DNA from: Podarcis cretensis
Taxonomy: Eukaryota
NCBI GenBank assembly: GCA_951804945.1
Contig: OX638151.1
Span: 32,550,001 to 32,614,000, forward strand
Direction: 5' to 3'
DNA length: 64,000 bases
The translations under genes were made by a program, and so were the position numbers. Position 1 is the first letter of the stretch. Each line of letters starts with the position of its first letter. Below the pieces are notes generated by a model, which was not told the DNA's origin, made no database searches, and saw only the letters and a list, made by a program, of their open reading frames with translations. This document shows, piece by piece, positions 24,001 to 38,818 of the stretch.

Positions 24001-24396
24001 CATTAACCAAACCACAAAACTATGATACAAGAGCAGCTGGAAAACAAACCAATGTTTGGTGAAATAAATCATGGTTTGTTTGATCACCTTGCTAAACCAT
24101 GGCTTAAACAAGCAATGGCTAGGCATCACATGCAAAATGGGCCAATCTGTATGGAAATATACATGTTTACTCAGAGAAGCCCATGCTGCACTTTCTGATG
24201 TACTATGAAAAGCCTCACATGAAGAAATATTTATTTATTAAATATCTACATCGCACTTCATCCAAGGATCAAAGGGTGGTTTACAATATAAAAACACAAA
24301 AATACATACCATAGTACCAAACAATAACTGCCCCCCCAATAAATACTTGCCCAATCACCATCATAATAGTACTGTTTTATGCAAAACCACACTAAC

Positions 24397-24481
24397 CTTC
24401 TCTGGATTTCTAAATCTTCTTGTGATGGGCCATTTTGCACCTGTGGGGGAAGTTGTGCATTTGGTCGAGGCAACGTTGGAC
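24397..24481 (-). CDS. ENAH: ENAH exon 4 (85 bp)
   Basis: GPTLPRPNAQLPPQVQNGPSQEDLEIQRR; tactag acceptor, gttagt donor; phase 1 to 2. Confidence 0.96.
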
Positions 24482-27069
24482 CTAGTAAAGCAAGTTACAC
24501 TTCAGCTGTTATGCAAAAGTCACATGTAAAGTCCAATAAGAAATCAACTTTTAAATTTTGACTACTTATTAAATTTCCAGCAAATAGCCTACAAAATACA
24601 TAAAACAAACTGAGCATCGCCATCAATATTGCTCCACATCTTTTCAAAATGTAAACTGATATATTCAGCAAGAATATGATGAGTGTGGAGAAAACACATA
24701 TTTATAAACCTTTAAAAGATTCCAAAATTTTAAAACAATTCTTTGGGAAGCAAGATTACTGTATATACTCGAGTATAAGCCAACCTTTTCAGCAGATTTT
24801 TTACACTGAAAAAGCCCCCCTCGGCTTATACTCGAATAAGCTGACGGTCCTCTCTTGACAGTTTTACTACCCTCAAAAGTTTTCGGTGTGGCTGCCTGGA
24901 AAAGGATATTCTCTGCGGCATTCCCTAAGTGGTGGAATTCCCTCCCTACATAACGCAGTTTTCCTGGGCCTCTGGCAGCTGAGCTGTATACTTTTAGGAC
25001 CCACCCCATTCCCATGACTGTTAATTTGTTTTAAACTGTTCATAACATTGTATTTTAAATAGTTGTGAGCTGCAGGCCTTCTGGTGAAAGCAAGGTAACA
25101 AATTTATTAAATCATCATCATCAGTAAAGGAGTTGCTAGAAATAATTGTTCTAGGATATGTGATCAACAGTTCAAAATGAAGCACCAGGTGCAGCGTGTT
25201 AAATAGCAGATCATGTGCTGTGTGGTGACTTACAGGTCAGTCTCATAGATGTCCTCAAAATAAAATGCAAACAAGTTCTATATGGTATTTACTCCAGGAC
25301 AAGGGAGCCTTTTCTCTTGTGGTTTTTCTCCTAGTTTTAGTTCTGACAGTTATTTTGCATGCAACTTTAAAAAACAATTCTTTTTCAGGCACCTGATATA
25401 TTTATTGAGATAATGTTTATTCTGCCTGTTTCTTTAAAAAAATCAATCTTTTTTACTTGAAACACGATCCATGAAGTGTGGTGAGAGGGGCTTTGTGACT
25501 GTCACAAAGATGGCAACCTTATATAGCAGGACTGGTGAAACTTTGTCTCTCCAGATGTTGCTTGACTAAAACTCCCATCTGGAGTTCTGGCCACGCTGGC
25601 TGGGACTGATGGGCCAAAGGTTCACTAGTCCTGCTGTATGTTTGCACTCTCACAATAGCCATATAGGACTCTGTGCATCAGTATCCACCCTAGATTTTCA
25701 AACCAAACTCCTTTTTTTAAGCCACCATCTCAAAGCTAAACTAGATGTGACTGCTGTCACATATTTGATGGTATATTTTACAAAAATTAAATTAAAAAGC
25801 AATGTAGATGAGGACAGTGGATTGTTGGGCAAGATTTTTAATCATTCCACTCCACCTCATGGTACCAACTAAAAACATCCCCACCCCAAACCAGTATTTT
25901 CTTTGTCTGAATAGCAGAGGAAATTGTTAAATAACCCCTGCTCACAGCCCTAATACTGATCAGAGCTATATGCTGCTGTTTAAATCTTTAACAACAGATA
26001 ATTCACATATTTAATGTATCATCTAGTTTGTCCCTGAGGGGTTTGATGACTGTGAAGCACTGATGAATATATCAGTCACTTAATGCTATGTCTCTCCATT
26101 GTTGCAGAGAGCCCTGGGAAAAAGGGGGAGGGGTGGAATGGCTGGCTCTCTTTCAAGAAAAACCATTTTGCATACAGTATAGTTGAAAGGCAACAGGAAT
26201 GCAACCAACTGCACTACAATGTATGATTAGAGTTCATTATTATTCAAGCCTGAGAGGTCAGTTGAATTCAAAGTACTGCTGGATAAATCGGCTTGCTGGT
26301 CTTATTCACATTCATCAGATGGCACAGAGAACACCCATGTTCTAATTTTGCTGTTCATGCTCCATCAGAAGGCCAATATGAGACCACTTTAATGTTATGT
26401 TTTAAGCAATTGCTTCCATTAATTAAATCTGGGTCTTTCCTAAAAGCCATTTCAGGGAACAAATGATTTTTAGCAGGTCTTCTAATTAAGATGTCTTTGT
26501 TTTTGACTGACAGAGCTAAGTTTTAAAAATCTGAAGCCTTGGACTATTAATGCATTGACTTGCTGGATCTTCTGCCTAGCAGTTGTTCCTATAGTACCTG
26601 TGCAAAGCTCTCTTTGCAATAAAGAAAACACCAAAGCTATTTCATGCTCAAAAGTTTATGTGGACTTCAGTTGTCAAAATGAGTTCAATAAACAGTTATT
26701 TTTTGCACAGCTGGGAGCCCATCCAAGGAGAAGGAAAGCTCTGACCCTAAACCTCTGCTGCCTTGTGGCCATAATCATTTTAAGCTTGGTTCAAACAGTA
26801 GAGAGCCATGGGCTTCAAGAGGCACCCTTAGTTGGATATCACCCATTGTGTTATATTGCACACAAATGCTAATAATACTTGCATTAAAGACAAATATATA
26901 TATTTCCTAAGCAGGGCCACAATATTTTAAATGCAATATTTTAAGGAATAAAGATAATGCTCTTCCTGAAGGTTTGTGGATCCAAACTGTAGTTTCATCT
27001 ACGCATTCTTGAAGGTGATTCTTACCCTCTATTGAGGAAGTTCTTATTTCATTCCACCTGGTAGTTTAC

Positions 27070-27081
27070 CTAACACAAATT
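27070..27081 (-). CDS. ENAH: Candidate 12-nt ENAH microexon (possible Mena++ equivalent)
   Basis: tgcagtatttccag|AATTTGTGTTAG|gtaaac; in frame gives E-F-V-L-(G), versus recalled mouse V-F-Y-L-(G); TGC motifs upstream. Confidence 0.45.
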   Translation of the reverse strand, partial: NLC

Positions 27082-27372
27082 CTGGAAATACTGCACAGGA
27101 ACTTGCTGCAGTCTCTTCCCAAATATAAGTAATTACTCACTCTACAATACCCATGAAGTGAACTGTGATGCACGTAAGACTGATTTGCTAATCCTTCACC
27201 ATATAGGGTAGCAGCATTCTGTTATGTACAGTCATAGTATTAAGGCATCTACTTCTAACTAACTCATGTCTATTGGAAAGATAACAGCTTAGGTTAAAAT
27301 ATGTATCTGGACCTTCTACTCCAACTCAAGATAAACAGAACGAAGTAAGATTGAACAATAAGCCACTATTTA

Positions 27373-27582
<210 letters not shown>

Positions 27583-28304
27583 CTAAAAAAATAGTAAAGT
27601 ATAGTTATGGCTTAAAGGTGCTTTGTAGCATTTTCACCTATGGATGTGTATTCCTTCTCCCTTCCCCTTGTTCCAAAAGAATGTGAGAGATTTGCTTATG
27701 GTCCTGCCTAAGGGGCCCAATGCCTTGGAATACACTTCCTGTTAGCAGCAAATGTCCCCTTTCCTATTGATTTTCCTCAATTATATTGTTTTAATTATCA
27801 TCCATAAAAAAAACCTGCAGTGCCAGCTAGGTCACTCCAAATAATAATTAAAAAAACACCCCCCCCCACCAATATATTATAAAACAGTAATTTTCCCATG
27901 AAAATGCGTAAACGGTCATTAAATAAATATATTTCACAGCGTTTGACTATATTGTTTAGCATTAATAGAAATGGGCTGAGAAGAAACTTAAGAGGCAGTT
28001 AATGAGCAACTATGTGCACAGATAGAAGAAAATGCTAAGTACAACTCCTCTTGCGACTCATTCATTCAGACACGTATTTCTCATAGTTCTAACTTCATTT
28101 AGGGATTTTTCCCTTATTTTTTTTAAAAAGGCAGAGGTACATATATGCCCCAGTACCAGGCATACCCTCTCTGACTAGAACAGAGGGCTAGGTGTAACAC
28201 AGTATCACTTCTCTTCCATCCTCCTGCCCCAATGAGTGCAGCTCCAGGTGAGATCTTGCATTGGAAACAGGTGCTGGGCCAGTAGGGCAGTACAGAAGAG
28301 TTGC

Positions 28305-28458
28305 GCCAGAAGCGGTTTAGTCCTGCTGGCTACATGACCTGGAAAGCTGTCTGTGGACAAACGCCGGCTCCCTCGGCCTGAAAGCGAAATGAACGCCACA
28401 ACCCCATAGTCGCCTTTGACTGGACTTAACCGTCCAGCGGTCCTTTACCTTTACCTTA
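28305..28458 (+). mobile_element. Sauria SINE 3' fragment
   Basis: Ends ...gactggacttaaccgtccagcggtcctttacctttacctt; reverse complement of the 10501 copy. Confidence 0.85.
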
Positions 28459-29063
28459 TAGAAGAGGGCTAGGGAAGAAAAGCAGCACCTGCAGATGAGA
28501 CCTGCCTTTGTGTCACTTGATTTGTCTGTGGGGAAAGGCTTGGGGATAGATTACAGAGACTATTATTCCCATGTTCTTATGTCCTCTTTCTCCATTGATC
28601 TTTGATTTATGTTTGGAACCGTTGGTATATGCAATTAGACAGAACAGAAAGATTTATGGTTTGTGCATGAGCAAGTGGAATTTAGATTAGCTTTGTCTGA
28701 AGATGATTTGCTACTATTTGTTAGCAGGCCTGAAACAGTTATATCTGAATTTATCAGATCAATGGATAAGTTTAGTCAGATTCCAGGATGAACAATAAAG
28801 TGGTTAAAATAAGAATGCCAGAGGGCAAGTCTAAATTGCCTGCTGTGTATGTCTTTCACTAAGCATTTTCACTAGGGATTTTGGTTTCTACAGACATTTC
28901 TCAAATCATTAAATTAAGCTTAAATAGGTTCATAACTGAGATCAGGCACTACTTAAACTTAGCACTTAGGGGTAGAGTTAACACATTTAAGATGTACTGC
29001 CATGAACAATAATTTTTCTCAGCGGTATTTTTCAACAAATTTCCAAGCATATTTTCAGAAGTT

Positions 29064-29068
<5 letters not shown>

Positions 29069-29113
<45 letters not shown>
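29069..29113. repeat. (TA)n microsatellite
   Basis: Read directly from the sequence. Confidence 0.95.
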
Positions 29114-29118
<5 letters not shown>

Positions 29119-30249
29119 TTTTTAAACATAAATGCAGAAATAAAAAACAATGAAACATATATCATAACATATTTTCTTAGCTTCATTGGACTCCCTCACG
29201 TCTCCCGCTCCCACTTGCATCATTGTCAATTCTTACCCGCAATTTATCATCTTGTTTACATTCTTATATCCCATTCATTTAAAATATAATCTAATAATCC
29301 TCCCAAAGGTTTATGTTTTTTCCTCAATCTCACTTGTCATCCTAAATTTTCAGAAGTTTAATGTATTATTTCTGATGTTTATTTGGGGTAATTCACCACC
29401 TCGTATATCACTTAAAATAATAAAATGGAAAGATGATTTAATTTTCCATATTTTATTTTATACTACAAGGCATAAACAAGTAGCAAGTTTCTTTTTCTAG
29501 AGTACACCCAGCATGGGCAATTTGAGAGGTGGCTCATGTAATACCTCTTTTGGGATGGGTGGTGCTGCAGTCTATACATGTAAAAAAGGGTCTACATCAC
29601 CAATTTCAGCAACTAGGGAGTCACTGTGTATGCTGGCTTGCCAGCTATAATTTGATCCATATGCTGATAGTTAAACTTCATGGGGTAACCCTGATTTAAA
29701 GATAATTCTTTCTATGGAAGAAGTGGCTAGCTTCTGGGATTTATACATTAGATGAGCTGATAGGAACAGATGGAGAATTTTTACAGTTTTCTTTATTGAG
29801 GGCCAGTTACTATTTACCAATGAGTGCTGAATGACAATATTTTCATTACAGCACCTGTTGGTGTCTATTTATGGTCCATCTGCAGTGCTTGCTTATACCC
29901 CAGGTGAGAGATGGGGTGGGATTCCCGTACAAGATGGTTTTGTTCTGTTTCTCAGCTGTGGCTTGACATCTTTATGGTGGGCTGTATATGTGACCTATTG
30001 TGGATTGATGTCTGCATGGCCTGGTGGCATGATAAAATGTGTATTGTTACTTTTACTTTTGCAGAGTGTTCCACATACAGGATATGTCTTGAGGAAAGGA
30101 TATCAGAGTAGAAGGTGATCGAAGGGAAGGGTAGGCATTACAGAATGAGATGTTGAAGGGATGATGACAGGTATTTGTGCCTGATATTCCTCATTAAACT
30201 CCCCCTTATCGCAGCATCAATGGATAATCTAACACTGTCCCCTTCAGTC

Positions 30250-30850
30250 TGCTGGTTCTTCTGCTGGATACCAGGTCAGTTCGCAATGAATGCTAATCCA
30301 TGATCTGAGTGTGGTTCAGCAGGCTGACCTGGTTGAGGCTGGGTCTCACCGAGACCTGGGTGGGGCAGCCGGGTAGGCCAATTTGACTCAGCTCTGCCCA
30401 CCCAGGTACTTGGTGCGACATCAGCCCAGAATGGAGAGACTATCCACATACCACCATCATGTACCACCTTCCTTGGAGCAGCACTAGAGGGTCTGCATCT
30501 GACGCTGGGCCAAAGAGACCGGTTAAGGGTGCTATTGCTGTACTGCCTACCCTGCTGCTCATCAGCCTCCCTGGCTGAGCTTGTCTCAAGTGTGATGCTG
30601 GAGAACCCCAGTTCTGTGGTTTTGAGTGACTTCAACATTCATGCTGAGCATGCCTCAGGTCCAGTCTGGGAGTTCATTGCCTCCATGGCAACCATGGGCC
30701 TGTCTCAAGTGGTCATGGGTCCAATGCAGAGAGCAGAAAATAGCCTTGATTTAGTCTTTGCTCCATATGGTGTGGGAGGTTGTCTGGAAACAGGGTGGTA
30801 GTGAATATCACTTCGTTGTCATGTTCAGTCCACTTCTTGGTGAGGTTTGG
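30250..30850 (+). mobile_element. Old L2 fragment (APE domain remnant)
   Basis: Degenerate TETW, LLYxxP, VVLSDFNIHAE, MATMGLSQ and LDLVF motifs collinear with the young L2 ORF. Confidence 0.75.
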
Positions 30851-31120
30851 GGGTCTGCTCCATCCCCTTCATCATTTTGATTGCCCCTTACTGAGCCCTT
30901 TCCAGCTCTACAATATTCTGTTTGAGGTGAAGCAACCAGAACTCTACACAGTATTACAGGTGCAGCTGCACTAAAGATTTGCATGATGATCTTCATTTTG
31001 TCTTCAAAACATTATCAATTACATACCTTCGGCTCCTCAGTCATGAATCTGTTGCAACAAATGTTTCTGTTTTGTAAGTCCCTGATATCCTGATCCTTCA
31101 AGAGGTAAGCTGTACACATA

Positions 31121-31346
31121 CAGTGGTACCTCGGGTTACATACGCTTCAGGTTACAGACTCCGCTAACCCAGAAATATTACCTCGGGTTAAGAACTTTGC
31201 TTCAGGATGAGAACAGAAATCGTGCTCTGGCAGTGCGGCGGCAGCAGGAGGCCCCATTAGCTAAAGTGGTGCTTCAGGTTAAGAACAGTTTCAGGTTAAG
31301 AACGGACCACCAGAACGAATTAAGTTCTTAACCTGAGGTACCACTG
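31121..31346. mobile_element. Tc1/mariner-Tigger MITE, family B, inverted relative to 20619
   Basis: TA|cagtggtacctc...gaggtaccactg|TA; body is the reverse complement of 20619-20876. Confidence 0.88.
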
Positions 31347-31863
31347 TACTAATATTGGTTTTTTAAAATCAGAATGTTGAAGTCACAAATGCAATCCTTT
31401 CCACTTAAGCAGACTGGGACTTTTGTAAAGTTCACAAAGAAATCACACTCTGAGGGTGAGTACGATGAGGGACCCTTGCTATTTTCTAAGTGGCATGATG
31501 TAAAAATATAATAATCCTAGCTTCTTCTCCATCTGAAACTGTGATTAGGAACTAGCTGGCTTGTTAAATCAATAAATGAAACTTTGATCTCACCTACACC
31601 AACTCTTTGGACTCTACATTCCAAACCCCTCAGATAATTCCACTCAGTTGGCATTATTTATTTTTTGGTAAAAGAGACAATCGATGATAAAAAATGTAGA
31701 TTTGTGGTGAAAATCGTCTGAAAGCCTCTGTTTGACTGTCCCATTATTCTATTAAGTTAAAGGCTCTGAGGTGGATCCAAAAGTTCATCTCCTTCCATCA
31801 ATGTAAGAGAACATTTACATCTGACCAACTAAAATAAAAGGCCATTTTAATTACTTGAGCTTA

Positions 31864-32061
<198 letters not shown>

Positions 32062-33549
32062 TTATTAGAAGGAAAAAAACAAGTGATGTTAAATGTCCTA
32101 TATGAAAGGAAACACCTTTTCAAAACAAAGGCAACATTCTACCACTCATTTCCCATTCTGAAACGTTCATACATAGTTTCATTAGTCCAATCAGACATTG
32201 TTTCCAAACAGTTCATCTAATTCTTCTGAATAGGGGAAGAGGAGGGATGACCACGGTGGACCAATTTATGTCATTAAAATAATAATAATAATAATCCAAT
32301 CTTGCAATTCATACGTTTCTAACCCACTTTTCAAAGCACAAATCTTCACAAAATGGCTTATAATATTAAATTGGTATAAATACACTTTAAAATGAATGAA
32401 AATAAACATTGTAAATACAGCAACAACTTGGGCTCACAGTGCCTTAAGGACTGCCTAAGCCTTTATATCCCAGTTCGATGACTGAGATCATCCAGAGTAG
32501 CACCCATGTTAGAGGCCTGACCGGACTCAACCAGAAGTTCAGTATTTAGTGACACTGGTCCCAGGTTATGGAACATTCTTCCAACAGAGATTCAGTAAGC
32601 ATCCTTGCTTTTAACTATTAGGCTTCTCTTGATTTATTTATTTTTAAATACAGGTAGGCCTCCACAGTTGTTTAAAACAAACCATGGTTTAATCTGAATG
32701 TTCAATATGCTAGTGCATGCTACTCACAGAGCTCCCCCTCCCTCCTATTGCACAATGGATGAAACAAGCTCTAATCTGGTTTGTCGTGCCAACAGAACAA
32801 AGGTTCCATGTTTTGTTTCCTCAAGCAAACCACAAAACGCTAGCCAGTAAGAAACCTTGGCTACCACTTATGACTTGTTTGGAGGAAACAAACCAACAGC
32901 CCCAGATTTGGACAACATAACAAAACAGACTGTGACTTGTTTAATTTGTGGTGGAAAAGATAGGATGCCACAGGAACCATTGTGTAGCAGTATACTGCTC
33001 ATTCTCATTAAATCATGGTTTGTTTTAAACTAAAGTTTAATATGAGATGTGAACCAGACCTATTCAACCTGCAACTTCAGAGCACAGATTCTTCTTCCAT
33101 TTATAACTGCCCAAACATTCCATGACCCCTATTAATCTGGGAACATCTGGCTTTTAGCCCAGATTCCAAGGGACATAAAGCAGAGTGTGGCTCAATAGGA
33201 TTTACAAAAAGGAGCATAATTTTAAAAAGCCTGCTAACATAGTCTACTGGCCTGAACAAATAGCTGCTAGATTCATCCGAGGCATTATCCAACCAACACA
33301 GAACACATACTTGAGTATTGGAGACTGGCTGGAAATTATTCAATATGGCAGGGTTCAAGTCAAACTGGGCAACTATAAAGTAACCTGAATGTTCTTAGTG
33401 AAACCTAAAATCAAAAGTTGCATTTTAATCTTTTCAGAACACCATTTCTCATTACTACATATTTATTAACATGAAGCAAACTGAAAGCAACAATGCATTT
33501 GAAAAAATATGGAAAAAATAACATGAAAAAACCCTGCTATCTTCTAGGA

Positions 33550-33797
33550 CAGGGGTTAGCAACCTTTTTCAGCTGTGGGCTGGTCCACCGTCCCCCAGAC
33601 CATGTGGTGGGCCGGACTATATTTTTTGGGGGAAATGAATGAATTCCTATGCCCCACAAATAACCCAGAGATGCATTTTAAATAAAAGCACACATTCTAC
33701 TCATGTAAAAACACGCTGATTCCCGGACGGTCTGCAGGCTGAATTGAGAAAGAATTGGGCCGCATCCAGCCCGCAGGCCTTAGGCTGCCTACCCCTG
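33550..33797. mobile_element. hAT (Charlie-like) MITE
   Basis: caggggttagcaacc...ggctgcctacccctg; TSD ttctagga/ttgtagga. Confidence 0.85.
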
Positions 33798-35812
33798 TTG
33801 TAGGAGGATCAAATATTTTGTCAAATGAGCCATTAACCTGCAGATTTATGTTGACAACACCTTGGGCAGTTTTCAGCATTTTCATCCCCCCGCCCCAAAA
33901 ATTTAAATAGCAGTATAAACTTCCCATATATTTAGTTGTCATGTCTTAAAATACTTGTCTGAATTTGTTTCATTATAATAGTTAAACCACACTAAATACA
34001 CATTTGAAATATGTCAGTTCAACTATTTTTTGCTTTTGTAATTATATAGCATATAAATTTAACATGAAATGCTAGTTTTGATTTGTTCTCTAAATATAAA
34101 TTAAATAAAAATGTTAACACAGGCTGTATCAATTAAGGGCAGCTTTTTTTAAAAAAAATCTTTCTAGAAAACCACCACATTACTCTATGGAAACCGGGGG
34201 GGGGGGGTAATCACATTCAGCTATTTTTTAAGTATAAACCATTTATTCAGTATAATCTTGAAGTATAAACAACCCATTCAAGTTCTGCCCTTCCCCGCTA
34301 GAATACATCCTCCATGACACGGGAAAAACAGGACTAAAAATACAATAGAATCAGATATCAAAAATGAAACATAAAAACAATGACTACATAGCTCATCCTC
34401 AAAGAAACTGCAAGGACATCTGCTTCATGAGTGAGACAAACTAGCTTGTGGTGTTTGACGCATACTTTCCCAGCTGTTATTTGGATAGCTCTTTTTTTAG
34501 ATACAACAACCCTACTTCTAGATCCAACAGAAATGCCCCGTGTACAATGCCCTTTCCTCAAAGACTTGGGAAAAGTTGTCAATGTACTTCAGTAAAGTAC
34601 ACTGAAACCAGACCATTTGCACAGTCCTAAAACATTCTCAGCTCATGGTTGTTGAATAAAAATGAGAAGATAGTCTGCTAGTTTAAGAGAACACAAGCAC
34701 TAGAGTCAGTGCATAGATGAACATTATGAACATCAAGAGTGAAGTCCTTTCTCTATCACAAACTACATTAATTTATCTTTAAACATTTGTTACAGCACAA
34801 TCCTATACATGGTCTACTCACAAGTAACTCCCAGTGTGCTCAAAGGGGCTTATTCCCAGATAAGTGGGTACAGGATTTCAGCAAGTAAAAACTAAAGTGT
34901 TGGTGGAGGAAAAAGAGGTCACAAATTAACCGGGATTGGGGTTATTTATGAAGATTTAGGATATTACCTAGAAAACTAGAACCTGTTTTATATAGCAGCC
35001 TTGCAGCAAGACAGTCATCTCTTCATATTTAACTGGCTTACTGAAATAAACCTGCACAGAATTAGTCCAGATTACCCACCAACACAAATGTAGCAGCTCT
35101 GTTGCACTAATAAGCGAACAGCTAGAGCTTGTGGTTTGTTGTAGAAGCCTTTTAAGCAGTGGGTACCAGCATGCTACTAATCTGTGTTAAACCATGGTTA
35201 TTTTCTAATGTTATGTGCAAACTGCATTCCAATGTTAAATGCTGGATCCTGACCAAACAGCTCACCATGTTGACTAGGTTAGTTTCTCAGGCATTTAAGA
35301 TCTTAAGCAGATACTCAGTGGTAAAGCATTTAGGGGCACGTTAGTGATATCTCCGTCACAATTCTGATGCAGATATTGGATGCAAAACACAGATTATGCC
35401 ACTTGCCTCACTCAGACTTTATACCCCTGTCTATACTTGGTACAAAGTAGAAGTTATTTTAGTTAAGGCTGTTTCTAGAGTACACCAATGTATGTCAGCT
35501 GTGTTATTTATTGCAAAGGTATTTAGTCTCTTCATGCTATAAACGGAAAAACCAAATCAATAACCCTAGAGTATTTGCACCGTCACCAATAGACAACATG
35601 AAGCCTAGCTAGACAAGACAAGAATACTTAACTAGTTTTTCCAGAGGGAATTGCAGTTTGAGAACTAAATCAAAATGTGCAAGCACAATAACTGAGAGCT
35701 TTCAATGCACAGTGTATCAAAATGAGGTATTGGAGAAAATGCAGTATTTTACTGGTATGCATTGTTTGTTGGAGCCTCCCCCCTAACTCCTGCTCTGAAT
35801 CCTTTTTATACA

Positions 35813-35814
<2 letters not shown>

Positions 35815-35846
<32 letters not shown>
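35815..35846. repeat. (AC)n microsatellite
   Basis: Read directly from the sequence. Confidence 0.95.
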
Positions 35847-35847
<1 letters not shown>

Positions 35848-38615
35848 ACACATCAGACCAACTCATTCATTACCCTGCTGGATGGGAGGGAAACCAGGTC
35901 TTGGGTTGATTAACATCCTTTTAAATGTCTTGTGGGACCATGAGCTAGTTTTCAATTAAGTTTTACTCAGAGTAGAACCACAGGAATTAATGAGCTGGGT
36001 TAGGCCCATTATCTTCTACAGGTCTGCTCTAAACTTTAGTAGAATGCCACCCATGATTTACAGTGAACAAACTTTATCTATTAAGGGGTAAATCAATTCA
36101 AAGTCACTTTTTCTTTGCCTTTTCAGTTGCAGTTTTTCCTCTAGGGAAATGATGTTATAGATTATGCTACTGTTATATAAACTCAAGATTTGTGTTCCTA
36201 ACAAAATAATTTACTATGCTAGTTAAATGTAAGATTTATTTGGATTTAGTTATAAATGGCATTACTGAGATAGTAACAGTTCAATCTTAAACACTAACTT
36301 TGTTTGGAAAACCAGTAATGACTCATTTTCCCCTTTTAAAATGTTTTTGGAAAACAGCATGCTTTAAGCAACTAAGATACAAAATTATATTGGTACAAAA
36401 ACCTTTTCTTGGCACACAGCCCATTTTTGTTTTTTGTTTAAAAACATTTTATCTATGATGCAAGGAGAAACCAGATCAACCTTTCTGTTTATCCTAATAA
36501 TAAGAAAACGAGTAGTACCTGAGCAGTTCAAGTACTGTTCAGTAAAGAATGACTTTCACCATTAATCCTAAAAGGTTCAAAAGGATAAATATAACTATCT
36601 TACAAGTACTCGGAGAAAACGCTTCATGTGGGATATCAGTCACTCCCTTATGTCTGTCAGAAAGTCACATATGCAGGAACATCTTCCAAATGTACCTTTA
36701 ATTCTGATTTTGTTAATTGTTTTGTAGTGCTCAAGCTATTCGTGCTAAAAATAGTTTGCTACATATAAAAAACTACGTGCAACAATTAATTTCTTGTTAT
36801 CAGAAAGAGATCAACCTCTTTTCAACAACAATTTAAATGAATTTAAAAGTTTGTATTATCTTTCAGAAGCAGAATTTCTGTACGTTTTATCACAAGCAAG
36901 AGCTATGGTGTGTACTTACATTGCTACAGGCAGCTGGAGCACAGCCAAGGGTATATCTGCCAGTTTCATGGTTTGCTGCTCTTTGTCAGACAATCTTAAA
37001 ATTCTCATAGTAAAATGTATAACCCCCCGCAATGGGTATTTCTCAAGACTTTTGAGTGCTCAACTAGACTAGAAGCTTGAAAGTAATGTCCCAATTTCTA
37101 ATTAAGTCAGAGAGTAGTCTTGCAAGAATGTAACTGGTCCCTAAAATAAACATGCCACTGAAATCTTAGCCATATGCTATAATTCTTTTCCTTCCTGAAC
37201 TCATTCTCTAAATGTAGTAGGTAACAGTGAAGTGTATGCAGGACTCAACTGGAGAAACTTTTACCAAGCTACTACAAAGTAACTATCACAGGCATTCAGG
37301 CAAGGGCATTTTCTTCTGCATAAAGTGTTATGAAGGAATACAAGCAGAAAATCGGCATGGAAGATTTCACAGGTTGTGCAGAAAAGATCGATGAGCACAA
37401 TGCATCCATCCCAGCACTTCTGTTTAAGGGCAGGTTAAAAATACCTTAAAAAATAGAGCAGCACAGACAGGTCCTACTCCTGCAAAATCATTCCTCAACT
37501 GTTTAATCATGGTATTTCTCCAAAGGAATCATTCCACATCGCTCCTTCATATGGGAGATTACACCGAAACAGTCCTACTGAATGCAACTCGATCCGCAAG
37601 AAATTAAAATACACAATATATATCTGACTGCCTCTCCCAATACGAACCTATCCGGACCCTTCATCTGAGGGCATTCTCCATGTGAGGGAGGTTCACCAAG
37701 AGCAAAGCCTTTTGCGTTGGGACTCCCTAGCTGTGGAATTCTCCTCAGTGAGGTCTAAAAGGAGGTCATCATTAACCTCCTTTTAGCACCAAAATAAAAC
37801 TCATCTTTTATCCCAGGCATTTGCTGGGAATATGACAAGCTGGTTGGCGGCCTACTTGATAAGAATGTCCTTGCTGTTGAAATTTTTGTTGTTTTTCTTT
37901 GATGGAATGATTTTATTGAAACTGATCTTATTGAAACTTCAGCTGCTTTAGAATGCAACTGCAGTTGGTCCAAAATGCAGACACTGCCGGTGAGATGATC
38001 AGACCTGGCAGGATCTTACTGGACATAAGGGTGAGGGCCCTTTTACATGGGGACCCTGTGACACTGGAAGTCCTCCCTCTCAGTAGAAAAGCAATCAAAT
38101 TCAAGGCTTCAAGGATTTTGGAAGGACTTTTTTCTTACTTGCCTTCCATAAGTGATGTTTTGTTGTTCTACTCGATTTTCTGGGGGGTTGGGGGGCAATT
38201 CTATTTCTTTTGTAGAGTCATGTTTTTCTGTATGTTGTATTTTATTGTTGTAAGCCACTTTTAGCAGGCCCCACCTAGAAATGCTTTAAAATAAACAAAC
38301 TCCCATCAACCCCAGCCAGATACAGAGCACAAAGTTTTGGAAGACTGGCCTAGTCTTGGGCAGAACTGTCTGCCCTCTTTGATCACTAGATGTCCTTAGG
38401 CTGCAAGGAAGCAATGGGTCATCATAGCACATGACAGCTACTTGAGGCAAGTACTCATTTTTTGTGACATCAAAACTTGCATGGGTGTCTGAATACGAGC
38501 ACAATATGCACAATATGCAATCCATCAAGTATGCTATTTTTAGTTTTACTTTTAGCATTTAAAAATGCTTATGAATTAAACTATTAATAGTGCAGGAAAT
38601 TTTATTACTATATGT

Positions 38616-38818
38616 CAGGGACGTTCAACTCCCGAGAGACTGTGATCTACTCCCACAATAAAAAGCTGGCAGTGATCTACCCATTTTTTTGGGGGGGGGG
38701 GACACACCAAAATTGTTGATTTTTTTTTTAGGGGAGCGAGTGAGGGCCAGGGCCGGATGCTTCCCCCCACGGAGGAAATTAATTGAGCCGCTAGCAGTCA
38801 ACCTGTTGAACATCCCTG
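38616..38818. mobile_element. hAT MITE
   Basis: TIR cagggacgttcaac / gttgaacatccctg (13 of 14 match); imperfect TSD. Confidence 0.75.

Noticed and set aside
25234-25253. AG...gtaagt-bounded 20-nt segment in intron 3
   Set aside because: Not frame-preserving and not similar to known Mena inserts
36794-37072. Plus-strand ORF containing 'SQARAMV', resembling EVH1 'CQARAAV'
   Set aside because: Coincidental short match on the wrong strand; the real exon 2 is at 31873-32038
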